NCBI GenBank assembly: GCA_963790025.1
Contig: CAWBMP010000004.1
Coordinates: 1,568,001-1,632,000, forward strand
DNA: 64,000 nt
Origin: Nitrospirota bacterium
Lineage (GTDB): Bacteria; Nitrospirota; Thermodesulfovibrionia; Thermodesulfovibrionales; Dissulfurispiraceae
Reading direction: 5' to 3'
Positions 25,802 to 35,115 of this stretch are shown piece after piece. The position numbers were made by a program, and so were the translations under genes. The notes beneath the pieces are model-generated. The model was not told the origin of the DNA, did no database searches, and saw only the letters and a list, made by a program, of their open reading frames with translations. Each line of letters starts with the position of its first letter. Positions within the stretch are counted from its first letter, which is position 1.

Positions 25802-26326
25802 ATGGTTTACATTATTATGGGTGTTTCAGGTTCCGGAAAGACGACTATAGGCAGGATGCTTGCGCACAAGCTGGCAATGAAATTCTATGATGCCGATGAT
25901 TACCATCCAAAGAACAATCTGAATAAAATGAAAAACCTTGTTGCGCTGGACGATGAGGACAGGATTCCATGGCTCTTGGACATGGCTGCACATATCGCTC
26001 AGTGGGACCGGGATAACGGAGCTGTACTTGCCTGTTCCGCACTGAAAGAGAAGTACCGCCGGATACTGTCACGGGACGGGAACCAACAGGTGACCTTTAT
26101 TTATCTTGAATGCGACAAGAATACCATCCTTGAACGGATGAAAATGAGACGGGGACATTTTTTCCCTTCGGAACTGCTGGAAAGCCAATTTGATGCCCTG
26201 GAAGTGCCTCTGGCCGGTATCCTTGTAAAAAATGATGGAACTCCAGACCTGGTCTGCATGGAAATAATCGATAAAATTACCGGCAACCGGCCGGCAGCCG
26301 GATTGTGCCGGGGCAATGAAATTTAA
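25802..26326 (+). CDS. Gluconokinase (GntK/IdnK type)
   Basis: MGVSGSGKTT, DADDYHP, DEDRIPWL, ACSALK, LLESQF. Confidence 0.9.
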   Translation: MVYIIMGVSGSGKTTIGRMLAHKLAMKFYDADDYHPKNNLNKMKNLVALDDEDRIPWLLDMAAHIAQWDRDNGAVLACSALKEKYRRILSRDGNQQVTFIYLECDKNTILERMKMRRGHFFPSELLESQFDALEVPLAGILVKNDGTPDLVCMEIIDKITGNRPAAGLCRGNEI

Positions 26327-26961
26327 TGAAATTTTATGACATATCCCTGCCGATTTCGAAGGACCTGCCTGTCTGGCCGGGCGACCCGGCAGTTTCATTA
26401 ACGCCGGCACAGTCAATTCTGAAAGGCGATCAATCCAACGTAACCAGCATACAAATGGGGGCCCACACCGGGACGCACATCGATGCACCCTATCATTTTC
26501 TAGAACATGGAGCGACCGTAGACAAAGTCCCGATCGAAACTCTCATCGGCCCATGTCTCGTAATCGGGTCTGACGCCCAAAGCCTCGTGAGGAAAGAGGA
26601 CATCAGAAAATATAATCTTGATCGCTATTCGAGGATTCTTATCAAGACAAAAAATTCTGAAATGTGGGCCGGCAATAGCAGATCGTTTAACGCCAATTAC
26701 GTGTCCCTGTCATACGATGCCGCTGAACATCTCGTCGAAATGAATACTATTCTTGTCGGAATAGACTACCTGTCAATCGAGGCTTTCCGCTCCGATAATT
26801 CCCGGGTACACAAATTATTGCTCGAAAATAGTATCGTGATTGTGGAAGGTTTGAATTTATACGGAGTCCAGCCGGGTGAGTATGAGCTCATATGCATGCC
26901 TCTGAAATTGCAAGGATGCGAAGGCGCCCCGGCACGGGTAGTATTGCGAGAGGCAGGTTAA
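26326..26961 (+). CDS. Cyclase family protein (KynB-like metal hydrolase)
   Basis: WPGDP, HTGTHIDAPYH, GIDYLS, GAPARV. Confidence 0.9.
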   Translation: MKFYDISLPISKDLPVWPGDPAVSLTPAQSILKGDQSNVTSIQMGAHTGTHIDAPYHFLEHGATVDKVPIETLIGPCLVIGSDAQSLVRKEDIRKYNLDRYSRILIKTKNSEMWAGNSRSFNANYVSLSYDAAEHLVEMNTILVGIDYLSIEAFRSDNSRVHKLLLENSIVIVEGLNLYGVQPGEYELICMPLKLQGCEGAPARVVLREAG

Positions 26962-26975
26962 CGCTTTCCAGCCAC

Positions 26976-28349
26976 CTAATTCTTAAAGCTGTGGACAGGC
27001 GCCGGAATCCTGCCGCCGAGATTTATGAAACCTGCCGACCCTCCGTCTTCCGGAACGTTTATAATCGCAGCTTCTCCGAGCAGCCCTCCGAAGGATGCCC
27101 GGTCGCCCGCCTTCTTTCCTGGGACAGGAATCAGCCGCGCCGCCGTGGACTTATTGTTTATAACGCCAATGGCCATTTCATCCGCAATGATCCCGGCAAT
27201 CGTTTCGGCAGAAGTGCTGCCGGGGATCGCGACCATATCGAGTCCGACCGAGCAAACACTTGTCATTGCCTCCAGCTTCTCGATCGTGAGATGCCCTTTT
27301 CCCGCCGCCTCAGCGATGTTAAGGTCCTCGCTTACAGGAATGAATGCACCGCTAAGACCTCCGACATATGAACTGGCGAAGATGCCTCCTTTCTTCACCG
27401 CATCGTTCAGCATTGCCAGGACAGCGGTCGATCCCGGATTCCCAATGCTTTTAAGGCCCAGGCTCTGAAATATTTCTCCGACGCTGTCACCTACGTTGGG
27501 GGTCGGCGCAAGCGAAAGATCTGCAACACCAAACGGAACTCCAAGCTTAGCGGCAACCTGACGACCGATAAGCTCTCCGACACGTGTAACTCTGAATGCC
27601 GTATGCTTGATAGTCTCCGACAGCTTGCCCAGATCGAGGGTCGGGTCTGCGGCACGCGCCCGGTCTATCGCCTTTTTCACAACTCCCGGGCCGCTGACTC
27701 CCACATTGATCACAGCATCGGGCTCTCCCACGCCTAGATAAGCACCAGCCATGAATGGAACATCCTGCGGGATATTGGCAAAGACCACCAGCTTTGCGCA
27801 GCCTATACCGTCACGATCGGCGGTCATTTCAGAGGCGCGCTTGATTGTCCTTCCCATTAATGCAACAGCGTCCATGTTGATGCCTGCGTGGGTCGATGCC
27901 ACATTCACCGATGAGCATACCCGCTCTGTCTTTGAGAGGGCTTCGGGAATGGCCTCTATCAGCGCCAGATCGCCCCTGGTAAAACCCTTTTCAACAAGAG
28001 CGCCGAAACCGCCGATAAAATCGATCCTTAATCGGCGGGCTATGTCATCAAGTGCAGCAGCTATTTCGCACATGTCCTTTGGCGGAAAACTGCAGGCAGC
28101 GACAGCGATCGGGCTTACGGCTATCCGTTTGTTCACCACGGGAATATCGTATCTGATTCCGACCTCATCACAGACATCGACAAGATTTCCGGCAAGGCGC
28201 GTGATCTTGTTCTTTATGTTCTCAATAAAACGCCCCGGATCATGACTGGCGCAATCGAAGAGACTGATGCCCAGTGTGACGGTGCGAACATCGAGATTTT
28301 CGCTTCTCAGCATTTCAAGAGTCCTTATAATTTCACGTTCTGTCAGCAT
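26976..28349 (-). CDS. PFL-like family protein (DUF711/UPF0210)
   Basis: NLDVRTVTLGISL, VNKRIAVSP, GGLSGAFIPVSED, SVCSVGLDM; start placed at MLTERE. Confidence 0.9.
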   Translation of the reverse strand: MLTEREIIRTLEMLRSENLDVRTVTLGISLFDCASHDPGRFIENIKNKITRLAGNLVDVCDEVGIRYDIPVVNKRIAVSPIAVAACSFPPKDMCEIAAALDDIARRLRIDFIGGFGALVEKGFTRGDLALIEAIPEALSKTERVCSSVNVASTHAGINMDAVALMGRTIKRASEMTADRDGIGCAKLVVFANIPQDVPFMAGAYLGVGEPDAVINVGVSGPGVVKKAIDRARAADPTLDLGKLSETIKHTAFRVTRVGELIGRQVAAKLGVPFGVADLSLAPTPNVGDSVGEIFQSLGLKSIGNPGSTAVLAMLNDAVKKGGIFASSYVGGLSGAFIPVSEDLNIAEAAGKGHLTIEKLEAMTSVCSVGLDMVAIPGSTSAETIAGIIADEMAIGVINNKSTAARLIPVPGKKAGDRASFGGLLGEAAIINVPEDGGSAGFINLGGRIPAPVHSFKN

Positions 28350-28353
28350 ATTT

Positions 28354-28899
28354 TTACACCCGATGGATTTGTTCGAAGATATCTCTGTGCTGGAGGCTGA
28401 TTTCCAGTCCCAACTGCCCTGCCCGCTTGTACAGGGCGGACCTGAAGGCATGCTGGTCGATCGCCACAGGGATGTCGACTTCGTAAAACATGACATAATG
28501 CCGCGGGCCGGATCTGAAAGCCGCTTTAAGATTTGTGATATTGACCTCATATTGTGCCAGTATGCCGGTGATCCCTGCCACCAGCCCCGGCTTGTCGGGC
28601 CCGAAAGTGGTGATTACAAAGGACTCGCTCAGGGGCTGTCGCATTTTATCGTCGGCCTTCATCGGGTCCACATGCACAAAAAGGCCCAGCGGCGCGAGAT
28701 GTGCCTGCAACTCGGATATTATCATATCCTTATTCTTCCCCTCGCTCATTGAAGCGACAAAGATGCCGACAAACACTGACTGGAGAATAGTCTGGCTGAC
28801 ATCTTCGAGATTGCAGCCCTGCTCGAAAAGGGTCTTCGAGACGGCAGCTATAATCCCCGGCCTGTCGGGCCCAAAAACAAAGACTACTATCTTTTCCAT
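28354..28899 (-). CDS. ACT-domain protein (GcvR-like), usual partner of DUF711
   Basis: two ACT repeats GPDRPGII and GPDKPGLV; C-terminal QHRDIFEQIHRV. Confidence 0.88.
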   Translation of the reverse strand: MEKIVVFVFGPDRPGIIAAVSKTLFEQGCNLEDVSQTILQSVFVGIFVASMSEGKNKDMIISELQAHLAPLGLFVHVDPMKADDKMRQPLSESFVITTFGPDKPGLVAGITGILAQYEVNITNLKAAFRSGPRHYVMFYEVDIPVAIDQHAFRSALYKRAGQLGLEISLQHRDIFEQIHRV

Positions 28900-29005
28900 A
28901 TCCTCTCTCCGCGATTTCTACAAATGGGTCAGCTTATGCCTCACTTTAACCTACATAGAATATCATACTATTCCAGGTCCATGGAAACGGGGGAAGGAGA
29001 TCAGC

Positions 29006-30445
29006 TCACACAATCGGTTTGAATTGTTTCATCATAGCTGGTTTCTTATCCAATATTTCAGAGATCAGCCATATAGTGACTTCGTTCTGAAACTTTTGAA
29101 TCTTACAACCCTTTTCGTAAGGCATTTTAAGGTCGCCATTGTACTGGACATTATTCGCCGGGCACAATCCGCCACAGAGATACCTGGACCAGCAACTGAT
29201 GCACTCCTCACACTGGAACACAAAACCCCTCAACTGTTGACATAACCTGTTCTGTTTGTCAATCTTGAGACCGGTGTCGACGTCCCCTAGCTTGTATTCC
29301 TCGATGCCGACAAAGCCCATGCATGGGTAAAGATCTCCTGATCCTGAGACGCAAAGGCTATTGATTCCTGCACCGCAGGGCGTGGTTTTTGGAGTTTCAT
29401 AATACACCTTGGCTATGTTATTGCTCATCACGACATCGGTTGCATTGTCCTTTTCCAACAACTCCTTCAAATAGAAGTGTGCAAACCTCAGATATTCTTT
29501 CTTCATGTCCTCTAAATCTTCGTCAGAAATGACAAAGTTGCCGTTTCCATTAAAGAGCTTGCTTGCCTCATTTGCAAATCCGACCTCGACATCGGGAAAG
29601 CCCATGTTTTCGAGGAATTTGTAAACCTCCAGTTTTTTCAAATTTGGCGGCGCAAGAGTCGCTTTAATGGATACCCCGACTTCATTGGTGTCCATTACCC
29701 TTAAAACATTCGAAATGACAGTATTCCAGCTTCCCCTTCCATCCTGATACGGGCGATTGAAATTGTGGTTTTCTTTGGGCCCATCGAGGCTTACACCTAT
29801 ACTCAGCCTCCTGGACCTCAAAAACTCGATGATCTCATCGTTCATTACCGTCCCGTTAGTTGTGAGCTTGTAGTCAAACTTTCGAATGCCCCGGTCTTTT
29901 ATTTGATTGCAATAGTCTATGGTAGACTTTATAACCTCGAAATTCAGAAACGGTTCTCCGCCGTAAAAGTCCACCGTGATTTCGTCGTTCTCAGTTGAGT
30001 GCTGCACGAGAAAGTCAATCGCCTTTATCGCGGTCTCTTTGCTCATTTTCCCTTCACTTTTTCTGACGTATTTACCGCCGTCGTTCCAGCAGTATCTGCA
30101 ATGCAGATTGCATCCGGCGATCAAGTTCAAGGTGAAAGTTACAATCCGTGTCTTGAAGTGTATGTTTTCCGGCGGGAAGTAAGAATGTTTGGTTTTTTGA
30201 AACAGCACCCCTCTTCGTTCCAAATCCCGAATTTCTGCCATGGCGTCTTTAACCGCCACTTTCGGGTATTTACCGTGAAGCTTCTGCAGGATATCGGAAT
30301 CTGAGTTAATGTTCCACAATTCAAGGACATCTCTTGCCACGGCATCGATCCTGAAAAACTTCGCGCTCTCGACATCAAAAAGCAGCGTCGTGCCCTCAAT
30401 ATCAAAGATATGCACCTGCTTGTCTTTTAAAGTCTGCATCATCAT
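29006..30445 (-). CDS. Radical SAM/SPASM peptide maturase with N-terminal RRE (ranthipeptide-synthase-like)
   Basis: N-terminal wHTH/RRE-like segment (LLFDVES..FFRID...EIRDLERRGVL), CNLHCRYC, FYGGEP, TTNG, SLDG, SPASM CGAG..LYPC..CISC..LCGGLC; ATG overlaps the upstream stop (ATGA at 30445-30442). Confidence 0.93.
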   Translation of the reverse strand: MMMQTLKDKQVHIFDIEGTTLLFDVESAKFFRIDAVARDVLELWNINSDSDILQKLHGKYPKVAVKDAMAEIRDLERRGVLFQKTKHSYFPPENIHFKTRIVTFTLNLIAGCNLHCRYCWNDGGKYVRKSEGKMSKETAIKAIDFLVQHSTENDEITVDFYGGEPFLNFEVIKSTIDYCNQIKDRGIRKFDYKLTTNGTVMNDEIIEFLRSRRLSIGVSLDGPKENHNFNRPYQDGRGSWNTVISNVLRVMDTNEVGVSIKATLAPPNLKKLEVYKFLENMGFPDVEVGFANEASKLFNGNGNFVISDEDLEDMKKEYLRFAHFYLKELLEKDNATDVVMSNNIAKVYYETPKTTPCGAGINSLCVSGSGDLYPCMGFVGIEEYKLGDVDTGLKIDKQNRLCQQLRGFVFQCEECISCWSRYLCGGLCPANNVQYNGDLKMPYEKGCKIQKFQNEVTIWLISEILDKKPAMMKQFKPIV

Positions 30446-31860
30446 TGTTTCTGAAGCGAAGAGGTGCACTTCTTTATTTGAAGCGCTATGGTGCACTTAT
30501 CAAACTCGGCAGAATTCCTGCATTTGTTTGTCTTCTGCTTATCAGAAGTGCACTTATTTACCTGGATTTCAATGGTGCAATTGTCTAACTTTTCAGCAAC
30601 TGTGCACTTGTTATCTATCTGGGCATTGGAAGTGCACTTATCTACTTGTGTTGTATTGTCGCATTTATCCCATTGCGCCGCATACGTGCACTTATTGTAT
30701 TGTTCAGCTGCGCCGCATCGATTATTCTGCAGTTCAATAGTGCACTTGTTGAACTGTGCGTCTATAGTGCATTTATTGTATTGCGCCTGATTGGTGCACT
30801 TGTTTACGTTTTCTTCCGCAACACATTTATCAATTTGCGCTGCCGTAGTGCACTTATCAAGCTGGTACGCAACCGTGCATCTGTTGGTCTCGGCAGGAGT
30901 CGTGCATTCGTTCGTTCTCTGCTTATCTGATGAGCACTTGTTCACTTGTATTTCCGCTGTGCATTTGTCGATTTGAGCATCAGAAGTGCACTTATCAATC
31001 TGGTACGCAACCGTGCACCTGTCGAGCTCGGCGGCTGTCGTGCATTTCTTTGTTTTCTGGTTACCGGATGTGCACCTGTCTACTTGTGCCTCTGTTGTGC
31101 ATTTGTCGATTCGTGCCTCGACAGTGCACTTATCAAGCTGATACGCAACTGTGCAGTTGTCGACCTCGGGAGGAGACTGGCACTTGTTTGTTTTCTGGGT
31201 ATCGGAAGTGCACCTGTTTACTTGTCCCTCTATCGTGCACCTGTCAATTTGCGCTGCAACCGTGCACTTGTTGATCAGCTCATCCACGGTACATCTGTCA
31301 AATTGCGCTGCAACCGTGCACTTATTGAATTGTTCGTTCATAGTGCATCTATTGTACTGTGCCGCACCGGTGCATTTATTTATATGTGCCGGCATGGTAC
31401 ATTTGTCCAGCTGTGAATCTCTGCTGCAATTATTGAACTGATACGCAATCGTGCACCTGTCAATATCGGCAGCACTCTCGCACTTGTTTATTTTCTGGTT
31501 AGCGGAAGTGCATTTGCCTACTAGTCCCTCTACAGTGCATCTGTCAAATTGCGCTGAAATCTTGCACTTATTGAATTGTGACTCAATTGTACATCTGTCA
31601 TGTTGCGTATTTGAATTGCACTTGTTGATCTGTTCCGGTATAGTGCATTGATCACGTTGTGTATCAGTGATGCATGGCCTTTCTTGTGTCTCTAATTTGA
31701 ATTCCTGCAGATTTTCTCTCCGGGTTGCAGCAGTTATTTTCCCGTCAGTTTCAGATTCGTGACTGCCGGCGCTGTGACCTTCCGCATCAATGTTTGACAA
31801 AGGCACGATATGTTTCGATTTAGAAACAACTTTCCCTTTTTTTATTCCCTTTGTTTTCAT
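30442..31860 (-). CDS. Cys-repeat protein: 62-aa leader plus 45 Cys-initiated 9/10-aa repeats; putative giant RiPP precursor
   Basis: 472-aa ORF, AAGGGGGAG SD, strict Cys periodicity, coupled to the rSAM/SPASM gene. Confidence 0.85.
   Translation of the reverse strand: MKTKGIKKGKVVSKSKHIVPLSNIDAEGHSAGSHESETDGKITAATRRENLQEFKLETQERPCITDTQRDQCTIPEQINKCNSNTQHDRCTIESQFNKCKISAQFDRCTVEGLVGKCTSANQKINKCESAADIDRCTIAYQFNNCSRDSQLDKCTMPAHINKCTGAAQYNRCTMNEQFNKCTVAAQFDRCTVDELINKCTVAAQIDRCTIEGQVNRCTSDTQKTNKCQSPPEVDNCTVAYQLDKCTVEARIDKCTTEAQVDRCTSGNQKTKKCTTAAELDRCTVAYQIDKCTSDAQIDKCTAEIQVNKCSSDKQRTNECTTPAETNRCTVAYQLDKCTTAAQIDKCVAEENVNKCTNQAQYNKCTIDAQFNKCTIELQNNRCGAAEQYNKCTYAAQWDKCDNTTQVDKCTSNAQIDNKCTVAEKLDNCTIEIQVNKCTSDKQKTNKCRNSAEFDKCTIALQIKKCTSSLQKQ
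30445..31674 (-). repeat. Degenerate 27/30-bp coding tandem repeat array (45 units)
   Basis: recurring plus-strand GTGCAC(T/C)T motifs; protein consensus C-T-x-x-x-Q-x-[DN]-[KR]. Confidence 0.95.
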
Positions 31861-31991
31861 GATGTGCTCCCCCTTTCATATAGTTACAGTCGAACGGAAA
31901 CCAGTCTATACAGCAATGTCGGCTAAACATATCGCGCGCCTTACTGCGGGTTCGCTGCTCATATCACGGTCCAGAGATGTATCAGTTTTCA

Positions 31992-32007
31992 CGCAAAAAA
32001 AATGCCT
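31992..32007 (-). promoter_or_regulatory. Possible sigma-54 (-24/-12) promoter of the repeat-protein/rSAM operon
   Basis: minus-strand AGGCATTTTTTTTGCG (GG-N10-GC); IHF-like AATCAACGACTT about 80 bp further upstream. Confidence 0.4.
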
Positions 32008-32151
32008 TGGTTTTGCACTTGTTAAAGCATATCCCATTTATCTGCCTGTGGCAAGTTAATTTTTTTGAAGCATTACAATCTCTAAAGTCGTTGATTTTTA
32101 TAAAAAACTAAAGCGGTCAGGTCCTGGGGCTTGTAATAGTGGAATAATTAT

Positions 32152-32673
32152 TTATCTGATGACCCGGTCCGTGCCTGATAAAGCTTGTTCGATTTCCTGG
32201 AGAATGTCCTGTTTGAGCTTTGGCAGTTCTTTCCTAAGCAAATCGGCGGACGTGATTTCCTTGGGTATGGCCTCAAATCTTTTGCTGACGGCGTCCAGCA
32301 AAAGATCTCTTTCCTGCCTGCTCTGTTCATTTGAGGACCGGGAAGGAACTGCGGCCTTAACAAGCTGGGCCAGCTGGTCGTTGCTGAGGGCAAGCCTCGC
32401 ATCGATCGAGGCGAGCACGTTGAGCACCTGGTCGAGTTTGTCAACAGTCTGCCTGGATGAAACAGCAGAGAGCTGGGCTATATCTATCATTTGTCCCTGG
32501 CAAGAACCGGGCAGAGAAATATCCGTCGGCCTCACCCATCTGCCGAGACAGACCTGTGGCCCGCCAGGGCCGTTTATGACCGTATATTCGTCAATTACCA
32601 GAGACCAGACAGGCGCTGCACCGGAGAGGACAAAAATCAAACAAATTGCAGTAGCACAAACCAGCTTCTTCAT
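32152..32673 (-). CDS. Hypothetical exported protein with coiled-coil C-terminus
   Basis: signal-peptide-like MKKLVCATAICLIFVLSGAAPVWS; GGAGGAG SD. Confidence 0.75.
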   Translation of the reverse strand: MKKLVCATAICLIFVLSGAAPVWSLVIDEYTVINGPGGPQVCLGRWVRPTDISLPGSCQGQMIDIAQLSAVSSRQTVDKLDQVLNVLASIDARLALSNDQLAQLVKAAVPSRSSNEQSRQERDLLLDAVSKRFEAIPKEITSADLLRKELPKLKQDILQEIEQALSGTDRVIR

Positions 32674-32789
32674 GGCTCCTCCATTTCTTTTGCTTCTTAT
32701 TCAATGAGCAGATTGCAGTTATAGTGCATATTATACAACTAAAATCGTTATATGAAGAGAAAACCAGCTGGAAGTAAGGTAAAATATAA

Positions 32790-33062
32790 ATGGGGACAGA
32801 TTTAATGAATCATCAGCTTATTATTGAGGAAGAGAAGAAGATGCAGAGGCTGAAATGGGTCGTAGACCTCACTGCGGCTATCTTGATGCAGTCCGACATG
32901 ACGCTGCATGAATCGCTTGCGCTGATGGACAATACAAAGAAAGCGGTGCTCAGCCTTTTCCCTGATAAAGAGTTCCTATACGACCTGATATATACACCTC
33001 GCTTCCGGAGAATACTTGACGAACGCTTCACGGTCCCGGACACTTACTCGGGCAAGAACTGA
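32790..33062 (+). CDS. Small hypothetical helical protein
   Basis: 90-aa ORF with LFPDKEFLYDLIYTPRFRRIL. Confidence 0.65.
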   Translation: MGTDLMNHQLIIEEEKKMQRLKWVVDLTAAILMQSDMTLHESLALMDNTKKAVLSLFPDKEFLYDLIYTPRFRRILDERFTVPDTYSGKN

Positions 33063-33102
33063 CCCTAAAAATTCAAGCGCGTAAACAATAGGACAGAGCC
33101 AC

Positions 33103-33606
33103 CTACAGTTCCTTAATCAAAACCTCGGCAATTCCTTTCCGATGAGACGTTCTGTTTCCAGCAGTCGGATGACCCACGGCTACGACAGCCATTAATTCCA
33201 TTTCCGGAGGCAAGCCGAGGAACACCCGGACGTTGTCCGCATTTTTCAGTATCTCTCCAAGCCAGACTGCCCCAAGCCCAAGGGCATGTGCCGCAAGCAG
33301 CATATTCTGAATGCATGCTCCTATTGACTGATGGTCTTTGGTATCATTGTACATTGCCCGCCTGTCGGCGAATACTGCAATACACGCCGGGGCGCTCTCG
33401 ATGATCTTCCGGTATTTCGTGAACTCTGCCAGTCGTAACCGGGCCTCTTTCCCGATTATGATGACAAAACGCCAGGGCTGGTTATTCTGGCCGGACGGCG
33501 CCCAGGTCCCGGCCTTGATCATATCGATCAATCGCTCTCTCGCAACCGGCTCGTCGGTATATTGCCTGACGCTCCGCCGCGTATAAATACCATCAAGCAG
33601 ATCCAT
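33103..33606 (-). CDS. Nitroreductase family protein
   Basis: RRSVRQY, APSGQNNQPW, QNMLLAAHALGLG. Confidence 0.93.
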   Translation of the reverse strand: MDLLDGIYTRRSVRQYTDEPVARERLIDMIKAGTWAPSGQNNQPWRFVIIIGKEARLRLAEFTKYRKIIESAPACIAVFADRRAMYNDTKDHQSIGACIQNMLLAAHALGLGAVWLGEILKNADNVRVFLGLPPEMELMAVVAVGHPTAGNRTSHRKGIAEVLIKEL

Positions 33607-33898
33607 GGCACCTCCATAAAAATATCTTAGCGTTTTTTGTTATGCCCCGCCTATTGTCCTTACCTGACTTTTCTTCTTAAGTTTCTTGTATGCCTCATCA
33701 TCATTACGTTTACCTGCGACGCTTAAACGCAAAGTGTCTCCCATTACGTCTGTTTCATAATTACGCCCCTCAGCTAAAATAGCTTGTTTAGCTATAATGT
33801 ACTGTTGGGCATATTTACTGTCAAGATCCTAAACTTTTTATATTGAATCGAGGTATATTTAATGTAGGTATGGAATAGTGGCATAAGGGGGAGCACAA

Positions 33899-34249
33899 AT
33901 GGGATCACATCAGTGGGTGCAGGAATTTCCCGGGGCTGTCACGGTTTGTGGACCGGACGGAACTATCCTTGAGATGAATGATACGGCAGTCAGAACATTT
34001 CAAAAATGGGGAGGCAAAAAGTTATTGGGGACAAATCTGTTCGACTGCCACCCGGAGCCTGCACGTGCAAAACTTACACAACTAATGGAAGAGCAGCAAA
34101 TCAATATTTACACTATCGAGAAAAAAGGTACCAGGTATTTGGTCTATCAGACCCCATGGCGCGCGGACGCTCAATACCGTGGTTTTGTGGAAATAGTGAT
34201 AGAATTGCCGGCGTCTATTCCGCACTTTCAACGAGATGCCCAAAAATAA
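33899..34249 (+). CDS. Stand-alone PAS domain protein
   Basis: VTVCGPDGTILEMN, LLGTNLFDCHP, YTIEKKG; SD GGGGGAG. Confidence 0.8.
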   Translation: MGSHQWVQEFPGAVTVCGPDGTILEMNDTAVRTFQKWGGKKLLGTNLFDCHPEPARAKLTQLMEEQQINIYTIEKKGTRYLVYQTPWRADAQYRGFVEIVIELPASIPHFQRDAQK

Positions 34250-34269
34250 AACCGCAGAAGGAGAGAAAA

Positions 34270-34878
34270 ATGGAATATGATTTTCTCATAGACACTTATG
34301 ATACAGAACGACTGAAAACCCTTAGCGTTTGGAGCACGTTCATTGATGATGATCTTCGAATTCGCCCTCATCCATTGGATAAGAGAGACAGAAATGCCCT
34401 TGAACACATGGTGCATCAGTGTTTGAGTGAAAACAAGTGGTTTTGCAATATGTTCGGCATTGATGTCGGAGCACCTCCCTTGCCGGATCAGGAGACACGC
34501 ATCGAGTTTATAAAGCGGTATGCTGAAGATAGTGAAAAACGGCTTGTCGCTCTTAGGAAAAAGGATAAAGCCTGGTGGGAAAATGAGGTGTCCTTTTTCG
34601 ATGTTATCAAAACCAGGGCCTGGATCATGCTCAGAAGGATATCTCACACAGCGCATCACAGGGCAGAACAGGGAGTTTTGCTCAGGATGTTAGGAAGAAA
34701 AGTTTACAGTGTATATGGACCGTCGATCGATTCAGGATGTTTATCTGAAAACGGAGCAGTCACCATATACCCATATCCTGACATTAAATCTCTTATCGAA
34801 GGCGAGTCATCAGGCGGAAAGAAAGCGAAATTACCGGGACCTGGAGTCAAGCCATGCACAGAGCGTCCAGATTGCTGA
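34270..34878 (+). CDS. DinB family protein
   Basis: EHMVHQC, RRISHTAHHR, VYGPS. Confidence 0.8.
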   Translation: MEYDFLIDTYDTERLKTLSVWSTFIDDDLRIRPHPLDKRDRNALEHMVHQCLSENKWFCNMFGIDVGAPPLPDQETRIEFIKRYAEDSEKRLVALRKKDKAWWENEVSFFDVIKTRAWIMLRRISHTAHHRAEQGVLLRMLGRKVYSVYGPSIDSGCLSENGAVTIYPYPDIKSLIEGESSGGKKAKLPGPGVKPCTERPDC

Positions 34879-35115
34879 GGGAGTATGGGTTTTCTTAAAA
34901 AGTGAAAATCTCCGGAATGTTTTCCGTGAGGCGCACTATCGGCGCATTGAGAAAAACGAGCTTTCTCTTGAAAAGAAACAGTCTGTGATTGAAAAATTGA
35001 TAATGATTTATGTTAAGATTTGGGCAAATTGGTTAAACACCTTTTATATGATGCACTCATGAAAGAAATAAGTGATGGCAGATAATATTTTATCAGTATC
35101 GGAGATAGTAGTATT

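Noticed and set aside
26976..28899. ACT and DUF711 genes as part of the RiPP operon
   Set aside because: They are a widespread independent gene pair, separated by ~106 bp with their own SD; no evidence of a functional link.
30446..30496. Longer N-terminus for the rSAM enzyme given by the ORF track
   Set aside because: It overlaps the precursor's last repeats; the ATGA-coupled start at 30445 is more plausible.
30309..31651. Plus-strand ORFs with VHL-type repeats, and a possible CRISPR-like array
   Set aside because: These are antisense shadows of the Cys-repeat gene. The units are degenerate, codon-phased and have no repeat-spacer structure, and no cas genes are present.
33640..33830. Minus-strand open frame (..AKQAILAEGRNYETDVMGDTLRL..)
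   Set aside because: No convincing start and no recognisable family; possibly a remnant but not supportable.
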